This document shows positions 38,885 through 51,100 of a stretch of 64,000 nucleotides of DNA, piece by piece. A model generated the notes under the pieces. It ran no database searches. It saw only the letters and a list, made by a program, of their open reading frames with translations, and was not told the origin of the DNA. This DNA comes from Narcine bancroftii (lineage: Eukaryota), in the NCBI RefSeq assembly GCF_036971445.1, contig NC_091470.1, forward strand, positions 189,720,001-189,784,000. The letters are read 5' to 3'. The position numbers were made by a program, and so were the translations under genes. Each line of letters opens with the position of its first letter. The first letter of the stretch is position 1.

Positions 38885-39390
38885 AGTGGGACACAGGGTA
38901 AAGGGCAGTGGGAAATGGAGAAAATGGCAGTGAGAAATGGGGTAAAGGGTGGTGGGACATGGGGTAAAGGGCAGTGGGAAATGGGGTAAAGAGTGGTGGG
39001 ACATGGGGTAAAGGGCAGTGGGAAATGGGGTAAAGGGTGGTGGGACATAGGGTAAAGGGCTGGGAAATGGGGTAAAGGCAGAGGGACGTGGGAGTATAGC
39101 ACAGCAGGACAGGCTATAGGGTAATGGGATGGGGCACAGGGCAGTGGGGATTGGGGGTATAGGGCAATTGGATCTGAAGGTACAGGTCAGTGGGGCATGG
39201 GGGATACAAGTAATTGGGGCATAGGGGTAGAGGGCAGTGGGGCATGGAGTTACAGGGCAGTGGGATATGGGGGTACAGACCAGTGGGGTACAGGGATGTA
39301 GGGCAGTGGGACACGAGGGTGCAGGGCAGTGGGACTCAGGGGTACTGAGAAGCCAGGAATGGGGGTACAGGACAATGGGCCACAGGGGTA
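38885..39390. repeat. G-rich 22-bp minisatellite, degenerating rightwards
   Basis: Alternating GGGGTAAAGGGCAGTGGGAAAT and GGGGTAAAGGGTGGTGGGACAT units. Confidence 0.85.
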
Positions 39391-39394
39391 CAGA

Positions 39395-40510
39395 TTTATT
39401 GTCAGAATACATACACAACATCACATATATCAGTGAGATTTTTTTCCTGCAAGTCAGACAGAATTTCTACTTATCGGTCATGCAAAAAAACTGTACTCAG
39501 GATAAGATAGTGTATACAAAAGATAAAATGTATAACAAGGAAGAAATGTAACCAAACTGACTGTGCAATACAGGAAATAAATATTCAGTAATAAATAATG
39601 TCTAAAGTTCAAGTCCTTAAATGAGTCTCAGAGTTGAGGACTCTGAGGATGGAGGGGTAGCAGTTGTTCCTCAACTTGCTGGTGCGAGTCTGGTGGAACT
39701 AATACCTCTTCCCTTGTGCTGGGTTTGTGGATCCTTGATGGTTGCTACAGCTCTCCCATGGCAGTGTTCCATGTAGATTTTCTCAATGGTGGGGAGGTTT
39801 TTTGCCTTTAATGTCCTGGACTGCATCCACTACCTTTTGCAGGGCTTTCCACTCAGAGGCATTGGTGTCCCCAGTTTGGCCAAATTTCCAATGTCAAGCT
39901 AAACCTCCACAAACTCCTGAGAAAGTTGAGGCACTGACGTGCTTTCTTTACAATGACATTTGTGTGTTGGGTCCAGGAAACATCTTCCGAGATAGTAACT
40001 CCCAGGAACCGAAATGTGCTCTCCATCTCCATCTCTGATGCCCAATTATTACTGGATTGTCTACCTTTGGTTTTTCCTTCCTGAAGTCAACAATCAGCTC
40101 CTTAGTTTTGGTGACATTGAGTGTGAGGTTGTTGTTGCACCATTCAGTCAGGTTTTCAATCTCCATTCTCTGTGCTGACCCATCCCTTTCCTTTATACAA
40201 CTCACTCCGTGGTATCACCAGCGAATTTGTAGATGGTGTGATTGTCGTACCGAGCTATGCAGTCATAAGTGTGAAGCAGGCAGAGTCGAGCATAGCCCTG
40301 TGGTGCTCTAGAACTGATGGACATTCTAGAGATGTTCTTACCAATCCTCACTGATTGTGGTCTGGAGGTGTGGAAATCCAGGATCTAATTACACAGGGGG
40401 GTGCTGAGTCCCTGGCCTTGGAGTTTGCTGATCAGTTTTGAGGGGATAATGGTGTTAAATGATGAACTGTAGTCGATAAAGAGCATCCTGATGTAGGCAC
40501 CTTTGCAAGA
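39395..40510 (-). mobile_element. Rex1/Babar-type LINE fragment
   Basis: [25 protein letters not shown] and WCNNNLTLNVTKTKELIVDFRK. Confidence 0.75.
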
Positions 40511-41500
40511 TTCCTGATGCAGGGTCTTGATCTGAAACATTACCTTACACCTTTTGCATAATGGGGTTGTGGAGGAGAGGGGTGGCAAAGGTCAGAGTCA
40601 CAGAGTTTAACAGCACAGAAACAGGACCATCAGCCCATCTCCTCCATACCATACTACCCAGCTGGTCCCACTGGCCTGCATTTGGCCCACTTCCCTCCAC
40701 ACCTTTCCTAACCATGGTCCCTGCCTCTACCCCTTCATCCGGCAGCTTGTTTCACAGCACCCCCACCACCACCCACTGGCCCCATTCCTCTCATTTCTGA
40801 ACCACTCATTCTCTGTTTCTCTCCACAGATGCTGTATGACCTGCTGAGTGTTTCCTCCATTCCCAGTTTTATCTCCGTGTTGCTGGAACTGCAGTTTTTT
40901 GGGGGTTTATTTTCCTTTATAGCTCATCTTCTTCCTCTCCCTCACCCTCTCACCTCCCCACATTGTTCCTTCAGCCATCTGTCTCCGTTAACACAGCACA
41001 CCCTCTCCCCTCCACTCTTCCTGTCTCCCATTCCACTCTTCTCCATATTACCCTCTCTACCTCCCACCCTTTCCTCTCCTGCCTTGACTTTGCTCCCCTC
41101 TTTCTCCTCGCCTCCTCCCATCTCTCTACCCTCCTTCCCCTTGACTTCCTGCCTCCCCTACCACTCTCTCCTCGCCCTGCCTTTATTGTTCTCTTCTCCC
41201 CCTCTCCCTTTTCTCCAGAGTCTGTGTCTGGGGTGTGTCCCCAGGGTCTGTGTCTCGGTTCTGTCCTGGGGGGGGGGGTCTGTCCCCAGGATCTGTGTCT
41301 GGGGGGGGGGGGTGTGGGGTGACCCAGGGTATGTGTCTGGGGGGTGTCCCCGGGATCTGTGTCTGGGGGTTGTCGATAGGGTCTGTCTCTGTCCCTGGAG
41401 GTTGTGACCCGGGGTCTGTGTCTGAGGGTCTATGTCTAGTGGGGGGGGGGGGGAGGGGGGTGGTGTCGCCAGGATCTGTTACAGCGACTCCCTCATCCAT

Positions 41501-41740
41501 ACTTTCGATTTCTGTGATCGTAACCTCGCTCACACAACCTTGCCCGGCAACCGATGACGCGATATCGACTCTATTTTCTGATTGGGCTGATGAAGGTATT
41601 TTTGCAACAATTTTTCCCAGTTTCTTAACCTGTTCAGACTTCCTCTGCCCAGACACTAATGACGCTGGCGCAGCGCGTAGTCTGATTGGAGCTGCAGGTG
41701 CCGCGGACCAATCAACGTGCAGCGTGGGGATATAACTGCC
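41501..41740 (+). promoter_or_regulatory. MHC class I promoter: ISRE plus two tandem S-X1-X2-Y modules and a TATA-like box
   Basis: ISRE ACTTTCGATTTC at 41501-41512. Module 1: S GTAACCT 41520-26, X CCCGGCAACCGATG 41543-56 overlapping TGACGC, Y CTGATTGG 41578-85. Module 2: S TTAACCT 41625-31, X CCCAGACACTAATG 41648-61 overlapping TGACGC, Y CTGATTGG 41682-89. TATAA near 41731. Confidence 0.85.
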
Positions 41741-41849
41741 CGACCTCGATCGAAAGTCGCAGTTTCCCGGTCAGCTGCGAGCGGAGTTTGACCGGTCACT
41801 GGCGGAGGGCTCGTGAATTCGGGACCACCCAATCAGGGAAGGAGTCACG

Positions 41850-41898
41850 ATGCTGCGTCTGCTTCTGATGACCCTCCTGTGTGGGGGGTTCTCCGCAG
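41850..41898 (+). CDS. MHC class I heavy chain exon 1 (signal peptide MLRLLLMTLLCGGFSA)
   Basis: ATG downstream of the SXY promoter, hydrophobic 16-aa leader, phase-1 donor CAG|GTGGGT that joins in frame to the alpha1 exon (G|CC = Ala). Confidence 0.85.
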
Positions 41899-41990
41899 GT
41901 GGGTGAGAGATCAATGGTCAACTGGGGCTGAGCCCCGGGTCCGTGGGGAGGGTCCAGTCCGGCTGGACAAGGGGTGATGGATCCCGGTCG

Positions 41991-42300
41991 GGGGAGGGGG
42001 CGGGCACCCTTTCCCCACCAATGGGGAGGGGGCGGACACCCTTTCCCCACCAATGGGGAGGGGGCGGACACCCTTTCCCCACCAATGGGGAGGGGGCGGA
42101 CACCCTTTCCCCACCAATGGGGAGGGGGCGGACACCCTTTCCCCACCAATGGGGAGGGGGCGGACACCCTTTCCCCACCAATGGGGAGGGGGCGGACACC
42201 CTTTCCCCACCAATGGGGAGGGGGCGGACACCCTTTCCCCACCAATGGGGAGGGGGCGGACACCCTTTCCCCACCAATGGGGAGGGGGCGGACTCTCCTT
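41991..42300. repeat. 32-bp minisatellite (~9-10 copies) in MHC I intron 1
   Basis: Unit GGGGAGGGGGCGGACACCCTTTCCCCACCAAT. Confidence 0.95.
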
Positions 42301-42532
42301 CCCCAGCAATGGGTGAGGGGGGGGGGAATGGACACTCCTTCCCCACCCATTGCTGGGGAAGGAGAGTTGCCCCCCCATTGGTGGATGGGGAGGGGGCAGA
42401 CACCCCTTCCCCACCAATGAGGGGGTGGACATCTCTTCCCCACCAATGGGGGGCTTCACCGCCACTCACTAACTTGCTTGACAGCTTGGAAGTCACTGCC
42501 GCCACGCCCAAGGGCCCGAAGCTGGTGGAAGG

Positions 42533-42700
42533 GTGTCACTGCCCCTCCCCCAGCCGGGCCCCAGTCCTGGGTGGTCACCGCCCCTCCCCCAGCCAGGCCC
42601 CAGTCCTGGGTGGTCACTGCCCCTCCCCCAGCCAGGCCCCAGTCCTGGGTGGTCACTGCCCCTCCCCCAGCCAGGCCCCAGTCCTGGGTGGTCACCGCCT
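42533..42700. repeat. 39-bp minisatellite (~4 copies)
   Basis: Unit GTCACTGCCCCTCCCCCAGCCAGGCCCCAGTCCTGGGTG. Confidence 0.92.
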
Positions 42701-43244
42701 GTGAGAAACCCAGCGCACTTATTAAATAATCTCTCAGAGTCGATAAGCTAAGCGATATAACCTTTTATTCAACGTTCTTGCAAGAGCGGGTCTCCTTCAG
42801 AGACGACACACTCACTGATATTCAACAACCTTTTTATACATTTCTTTGTGTTAATAACCATTTCATTTAATTGGTTAGTTAACTGAGTAATTAATAGGTT
42901 AGTTTAACCTATCAAAAGCTGTTCCGCTCCTCGTTTTAAAGCCCGCCCTTGTTTACTCTCCCATTCCCATAATTTTTGCAATCCCAACTCTTATTTAATC
43001 TTATCATTTGGAGTGGTGCTTTGTCAGATGTTCCTGTTCTTTTGCAGTTTTTTTAATATATCAAGTTGCCCTTGCCTGCAATCTATTGCAGGAACTGTCC
43101 TTCCTTTGTATTCTAGCAGACACCCCTCTTCCCCCTTTTCTTCTCTAATGCCTCATCTCTGTGCAGCCATTGTTAACACTGATGATTGATGATTACATTT
43201 TTCTGAAACAGTACTTTGGATAATTCCCACACCACCCCTCCCAC

Positions 43245-43480
43245 TGCAGGGGCCGAGTGCTGGGAGTTGCAGCCGGCCCGCAGGAGCCGAGTGCTGTGGG
43301 TCGCCGCCGGCCCTCCCCCACAGGGGCCAAGTGCTGGGGGTCGCCGCCAGCCCTCCCCCACAGGGGCCGAGTGCTGGGGGTCGCCGCCAGCCCTCCCCCA
43401 CAGGGGCTGAGTGCTGGGGGTTGCCGCTGGCCCTCCCCCGCAGGGTTCCAGTGCTGGGGGTCACTGGCCCTCCCCCACCA
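43245..43480. repeat. ~40-bp degenerate minisatellite
   Basis: Unit CAGGGGCCGAGTGCTGGGGGTCGCCGCCAGCCCTCCCCCA. Confidence 0.85.
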
Positions 43481-43952
43481 AGGTCCAATGAAGTCATTGC
43501 CCCAACGCTACCAGAGCTGAGACTGGAAGTCTTCACTGCTCCCACTACCCTACCAGGGCCTCATCCTTGGATTCATCGGCCCTCTCGCCAAGGACCAAGT
43601 CCTGGGTGATTACTGTCCCTCTCCTACCATGGCTTAGTATTGCGGGGGGGGTGCAATACCCTTCCCCTACCTGGGCCTAGTGTTTGGGTCACCGCCCCTC
43701 CCTCTCCAAGGCCTAGGACTGGGGTTCAATGCCACACCCCAACCAGGGCCATAGCCTTGATGGTCACTGTCCCTCCCAGAATAGGCCCCAGTCCTGCAAA
43801 TTACATTACTTCTCCCCCCACCAGTTCTGATGCATTGGGGGAGGGGGGGGTCACTATCCCTTCTCCACAAGGGCATCCCCTCCCACACCATTGCCTCATT
43901 AGGGTCAACTTCCCACCCAACCAAGGGCCCATTCCTGGGGTTGGGAGGTTTT

Positions 43953-44230
43953 CTGCCCCTCCCCCACCAGGGCAGAGGCCGAGGAGTCACTGCCCCTCCC
44001 CCACCAGGGCAGAGGCCGAGGAGTCACTGCCCCTCCCCCACCAGGGCAGAGGCCGAGGAGTCACTGCCCCTCCCCCACCAGGGCAGAGGCCGAGGAGTCA
44101 CTGCCCCTCCCCCACCAGGGCAGAGGCCGAGGAGTCACTGCCCCTCCCCCACCAGGGCAGAGGCCGAGGAGTCACTGCCCCTCCCCCACCAGGGCAGAGG
44201 CCGAGGAGTCACTGCCCCTCCCCCACCAGG
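43953..44230. repeat. 37-bp minisatellite (~7.5 copies)
   Basis: Unit CTGCCCCTCCCCCACCAGGGCAGAGGCCGAGGAGTCA. Confidence 0.95.
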
Positions 44231-44290
44231 GTCCAATCCTGGTGGTCACTTCCCCGCCCCCTGCAGGGGCCCGGTGTTGGCGGCCACTGC

Positions 44291-44925
44291 CCCGCCCCCG
44301 CAGGGGCCCAGTGATGGGGGGTCCCGCCCCCGCAGGGGCCCAGTGATGGGGGGTCCCGCCCCCGCAGGGGCCCAGTGATGGGGGGTCCCGCCCCCGCAGG
44401 GGCCCAGTGATGGGGGGTCCCGCCCCCGCAGGGGCCCAGTGATGGGGGGTCCCGCCCCCGCAGGGGCCCAGTGATGGGGGGTCCCGCCCCCGCAGGGGCC
44501 CAGTGATGGGGGGTCCCGCCCCCGCAGGGGCCCAGTGATGGGGGGTCCCGCCCCCGCAGGGGCCCAGTGATGGGGGGTCCCGCCCCCGCAGGGGCCCAGT
44601 GATGGGGGGTCCCGCCCCCGCAGGGGCCCAGTGATGGGGGGTCCCGCCCCCGCAGGGGCCCAGTGATGGGGGGTCCCGCCCCCGCAGGGGCCCAGTGATG
44701 GGGGGTCCCGCCCCCGCAGGGGCCCAGTGATGGGGGGTCCCGCCCCCGCAGGGGCCCAGTGATGGGGGGTCCCGCCCCCGCAGGGGCCCAGTGATGGGGG
44801 GTCCCGCCCCCGCAGGGGCCCAGTGATGGGGGGTCCCGCCCCCGCAGGGGCCCAGTGATGGGGGGTCCCGCCCCCGCAGGGGCCCAGTGATGGGGGGTCC
44901 CGCCCCTCCCCTGCAGGGGCCCAGT
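44291..44925. repeat. 32-bp minisatellite (~19 identical copies)
   Basis: Unit CCCGCCCCCGCAGGGGCCCAGTGATGGGGGGT. Confidence 0.96.
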
Positions 44926-47900
44926 GCTGTGGGGGGGGGACCCCAAAATCCAGCAGCATTAGATATGCACCACAACCCAGGGTTACTTAAACAAAAATAG
45001 TTTTTAAATTATAATTGAACAAGAAAATAGAATTAAACGTTAACTTATTACTTAACCTACTTAAACACAGGTGTGTGTAATGGTAGAAAAGTTCTTTGGA
45101 TCACAATCCAATCTCACTAGTTGCAGGCAATTCTTGTACTGTGCACAGATGTTAGCATGAACAAAGTTCGCCAGTCTTTGATGCTTAACAGGGAAATGGT
45201 TACCACTCAGGAGAGAGATTTGTTTTGTTCCAGGACATCCACAACTGATTCCTGTTTAATCAGTCTTCAGGGTTTTCCAGATGATCCTCCTTCTTTCAGA
45301 TCACCTTTCAGACAGCTTGTCTTCTCCTTTGACCAGGCAGACTTCCAAAAGTTTGCCAGCTTTGTCCTTCTGGAACTGATTTCTGTCTCCTGTCTCTCTG
45401 TTTCACACCCTCCTTCTCTAAGATCAAAACTGTTCTGTCTGCCTGCAAAAGTCACATGCTCTCCCTGGCAAGCTGTATGCTGCAACTTTGTTGCTCTTTT
45501 TGCAAAAAGCACTCTGCAAAAGTCCTGCAAATATTCTGTGTTTTAAAATGTTTGTGTGCTACCTCCTTCCCAAAACACTTCTAAATACTCTGTCACACTT
45601 TCCCCTTCTAAGGGAATTTTAACAAGTTAAAATTCAGTTATAACTAAACTGTCTTAAAAATCACTTAAGAGATAACTATACACAGTATATAACATGTACA
45701 CTACAGTAATTCAATTTCAAGAGTATTTCTATAAATGATCAATTTTAGCAACTTGACAAACAATCGGCAATCACATATTTGCACCTCTGATATGGTTAAT
45801 TTGCAGATCATATTCTTGTAATATCAAACTCCATTTTAACAATCTTCTGTTTTTAATCTTCATTTGATCCAGAGGATTGTGGTCAGTGAATATAACAATT
45901 GGTTCATGAGAGGTCTCAAGATGTATGTCAAAATTCTGCAGAACAAATATGATAGCCAACAGTTCTTTTTCAATTGTGAAATAGTTCCTTTGATGAACAT
46001 AGAAATTTTTTGAAAAGTAGGCAACTGAATGGTCAATTTCATTATGTTTTTGCAATAAAACTGCACCTGCTGCTCCCTCACTGGTGTCCACTGGTACAGA
46101 AAATGGTCAAGTCAAAATCAGGAGATTTTAAACACAGGGTAATGGCATAGCATCTCCTTTAAATTTTCTTACACAGCCTGTCAATCTTTAGTCCACACAA
46201 ATTTCTCCCCCATCTTCAAAAGATTAGTTAAAGGAAGAGTGACCTCAGCAAAATATCTGCAAAAATATCCTGCCATTCCTAAAAACCTTCTCAACGCTTT
46301 GTCATTGGGAATAGGAAACTCAGAAATTGCATTCAACTTATCTTGAATTGGTGCAACTTTGCCATGGCTAACTACATAAACAAAGTATGTTACCGTGGCA
46401 TTTGCAAATTGACTTCTTGCTAAATTAAGAGTTAAGTTTGCTTTGGATAATCTTGCAAACAATTTGTCCAATTCCCTTACATGTTCTTCCCATGGGTCAT
46501 TTTTTGTGACCAAGTCATCAATATAAGCATCTGTATGTGTTAACCCTTGGATTACTGAATTAATCATCCTCTGAAATATTGCAGGAACACTTTTCATGCC
46601 AAAAGGTAACACATTATATATGTATAAACCAGATAATTACAAAAGCTGAAATATTTTTTCCTCTCTCAGTTAAAGGCACACACCAGTAACCTTCAATAAA
46701 TCCAACTTAGTAAGAAATTTAGCGTTGCCAATTTTATCAATACAGTCATCTATTCTCGGAATAGGATAAGCATCTGTTTTAGTTACTGAATTAACCTTCC
46801 TGTCATCTGTACAGAACCTAACAGTTCCATCTGGTTTTGGTACCAGAATACAAGGAGAACTCCAATCCGAGTTCGAAGATCTAATAATATCGGTTCCCCA
46901 CATATATTCCACCTTCTGATCCATGATTTTACATTTGAACGTTTATTTTATATGGGTGCTGTTTTATTGGATTTGCCTCTGCTACATCTACATCGTGGTA
47001 AATCACTGATATGATTTTAGGAACATCAGGGAACAAATTTGTGTATTTCAAAAGAAATCTTTACAACTGTATCTGCTCTTGTAACTTAAGATGGCCTAAC
47101 TTTTTCAATTTTTTCAAAATTGTTGAGTTAGACAGGTGCACAGGAACAATGGTTTCTTTAAAGTTACCCTCACAAGATTCTATTTCCATAATCTTACAAT
47201 CCACCACTTTCTCCACTCTGTCAACAGCCAACACCTCTGGTAAAGATTGTTCTCCACTACCCTTATAATAAGGTTTCATTAACCATTTGCCCTCCAAGTC
47301 ATATCCACAAGCCATTTTTTTAGTCTCCTGTTCAGTTACTGCTTTCTCCCTTTAGTTTACAAGATCTGCATCTATTTTTTGTTGCTGAATTAACTCTTTC
47401 CTTGACAAAGAGAAATCTTTACTCTCACAATGACCCTCCTCTTTCAAAAGTACTGCAGAAGTACTGGGCAAATTTCTCTCAACTCTATTTTCTTCAGCTG
47501 TCATCATTTTCTTAGTCACAGACCTAGTTACCGCACATGCAGGATATATCTCATCACCCTCTCTAACCTCATACTTATTAGGCTGATTTGTCAATCTTAA
47601 AACTGACCCAACTTTATCTTCTGCCAAATCATTCCCCAACAACAATGAGACACCCTGCATGGGTAACTTTGGAATTGGTGTCAGTCCTTTGATCCACAGT
47701 TAAAATACTTTCCAACAACAGTGACTAAGAATTTTAACTGGAACCTATGGTTGTCCCTCCTTTATTGAGACAAAGCCCTTCTGACACAAAAGGCTTGAAA
47801 ACATCCATGACCTCCTTACCAGGTTTGGCACCTCGGCTCTCCTTAAATTCCAATGTTTGAATACATAGTTCTGGTAAAACCTCTTTTTCTCATTTCTTTT

Positions 47901-48116
47901 TCAAGACCAGACAATTCGCAATCACGACCAGATTTCTTACAAAATTGACATACAAATGCAGAGGTTTGTCCTTTCTCACCTTTCCTTCACCTTTTATCAT
48001 TTTCTCCGGACTTTTTCAGACTCACTATCCTGCTCCACATTAACCTTTTGAACAGGTTTATGGATCTGTTCCACATTAGCTCTCTGAAAATGTCTTCTAC
48101 TCTGAAATGTACTTTT

Positions 48117-51100
48117 ATTTTTTAAACTTTAGTATTTTTTTCAATAAAAATAAACAGACTTTTTCAGAATAAGTAGCCTAATAATAAAACATAGAAACAT
48201 AGAAGATAGGAGCAGGAGTAGGTCATTCGACCCTTCGAGCCTGCTCCGCCATTCAACGAGATCATGGCTGATCAGTACCCCGTCCCCGCCTTCTCTACGT
48301 AACCTTTAATACCCTTATACTGAAGAAATAGATCTAATTCCCTCTTAAATATATTTAATGAACCTACCTCTACTGCCCTCTGTGGCAATGAATTCCACAG
48401 ATTCACCACCCTCTGGGTAAAGAAATTCCTCCTCATCTCGGTCCTAAATGGTTTGCCTATTATCCTCAAACCATGGCCCCGGGTTCTGGATTTTCCCATC
48501 TGCATCCATTCTGTCCAGTCCTGCCAGAATTTTATATGTCTCTATGAGATCCCCTCTCAATCTTCTAAACTCCAGCGAGTACAATCCCAATTTGCGCAAT
48601 CTTTCCTCATAAGTCATTCCAGGCATCAGCCTGGTGAATCGCCTCTGCACTCCCTCCATTGCAAGAACATCCTTCCTTAGATAAGGTGACCAAAACTGCA
48701 CACAATACTCCAGGTGTGGTCTCACCAAGGCCCTGTACAGCTGCAGTAAGGTATCCTTGTTCCTATACTCAGTAACAGTAAAATAAACCCATCCCCTCCC
48801 CCCTCCCACAACAGATCCCCAAAGGGAAGCATTAAAAAGAAAAAACATTCAGTAATTTACAATATTACTAAATTCATATCCTTCATACATGTTGTCCACA
48901 CCTTAACAAAAAAAATCATAATTATTATGTAAATTATGTTATTTGTTCCATATAGATACACAACTTTAACTCATTATGCCATCGAACTACATTTAACTCC
49001 ACTTCATCTTTCCAAGACATAGCATTACATTTACAAGCAACTGTCAACGTCAGACAAATAAACGTTGTCTGAAACTTATCCAATCCCAAGTCCACTAACG
49101 GAGTAAAATAACCTAACAAAAAAAATTTTTGGATCTAAAGGAAATTGAATTTTAAACAAATTTTGATGAAAATACCCAATTTTAAACCAGAAAGGATGAA
49201 CTTTATCACAAAACCAAACAGAAGGTCTAAATGCTCCAACACGTAATCCACACCTAAAACACAGATCTGAATGACTAAATCCATAGTTTTTCAAGGGTTA
49301 AATATAACTGATGCAAAAAATTATTATGAACCATACTATATCTTACATTAATTTAGTCAACCCATCATAACACGTTTTACCAATCCACCTGACTAATCTC
49401 ACAATTTAAATCACGCTCCCATTTAATCCTAGATGTATTTATTTTTTTTTAACCATTGTATCTTGTAATAATGCAACATTTCTGATATAAAACCTTTATC
49501 TGAAAAATATGAAACCATAAATTCAAATTTAGTTAACTTAGAAATGTTCATTTCTCTTCCAAAATTATCTTTCACTAATGCTCTCATTTGACAATAAACA
49601 AACAGAGAATTCCCTAAAATCCCACATTTCTCTTTAGCTGGTTAAATTATTTAAAAAATTCCCTTCAAAACAATCCTGCAATCTTTTTATTCCTTTAATC
49701 CACCAATCTTCTAAAAGTATTATTCAATGAAAAAGGAAACCATTAATTTTGATATATTGGGGTTTGAACTGATAAACTACCTTTTGATCTTATTAACAAC
49801 TTCCTTTCAGTCCAAATTTCTAATAAATGTTTCAAAATTGGTACATTATATTTCTGTAGTAAGACAGTATTCCATTTAAATACAAACTGATGGGGACAAG
49901 GTTCCAATATCGCAGCCAATTCCACCCTAGCCCAACTAGGAGGGTTCGAAATATCGAACAGACGAGTAATAAATCTTAATTGAGCTGCTTCATAATAATT
50001 TAAAATATTAGGTAATTGCAAACCTCCCAAAGCATACTGCCAGGTCAATTTATTTCCTTTCCATAAAAATTCTCGAACTACTTTATTTAAATCTTGAAAA
50101 AAGGATTTTGGAAGAGAACAAGGAATCGATTGAAACAAATATTGAATTTGTGGAAAAATATTCATCTTTATATAATTTACTCAGATTAATCTGGATTATT
50201 TAAATATATCAAAACATCATCAGCAAAATAAATTAATCTTATATTCATCCTGTCCAATCCTTATACCTGTAATATTCTCATTCTGCCTGATGGCCTGAGC
50301 TAATGGTTCAATAACCAATGCAAATAGGGCTGGCAACAAAGGACAACCTTGACAAGTTGAACGCGTTAATTTAAAAAAGGAAGAATTTTGACCATTTGTC
50401 GCCACCCTTGCTACAGGATTATTATATGATGCCTTCACCCAACCAATAAATAAGGGTCCAAATTTATATTTGTCCAGAATTTTAAATAAAAAAACTCAAT
50501 TTGAACCTATCAAAAGCTTTTTCAGCATCGAATGATACTACCATTGGTAGGTTGGGTTGCTGACGTGAAGCATTGATCAATGAAACCACTCTAAGAATAT
50601 TATCCGAAGCATACCTATCTTTAATAAAACCAGCCTGGTCAGAATGTACTAATTGTGGTAAATAATTTGCTCATCTACTTCCTAATAATTTTACTATTAT
50701 TTTATAATCCACATTTAATTTAAAAAATTGGTCGATAAGAAGAAACCTTCAAAGGGTCTCTGTCTTTTATTGGTATAACTGTTATTATTGCACTCAAACA
50801 CGAGTCTGTAAAGCTTGTTCCTGAGTTACCTGATTAAGAACATCCATGAGTACAGAGGACCCATCATCATAAAAAACCTTAATAAATTAAGCAGTGAACT
50901 CATCATCTCCTGGTGACTTCCCATTAGGCATTTGTTGAATAACATCCTTTATTTCTAAATCCGTAAAAGGAGAATCCAACTTTCTCACATCCTCCTCCTT
51001 CAATATTGGTAAATTTAACTCTGACAAAAATGCTTCAATATAACCATCATCTCGCACTCCCTCGGAAGCATATAATTTCTAATAAAATGACAAAAATTGG

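Noticed and set aside
43953-44925. Regular 32-37-bp repeats as a CRISPR array
   Set aside because: The units are directly adjacent with no unique spacers, there are no cas genes, and the context is vertebrate.
41796-44975. Many 150-270-aa Pro/Gly-rich ORFs in all frames
   Set aside because: They are translations of stop-free GC minisatellites in intron 1, with no domain signal.
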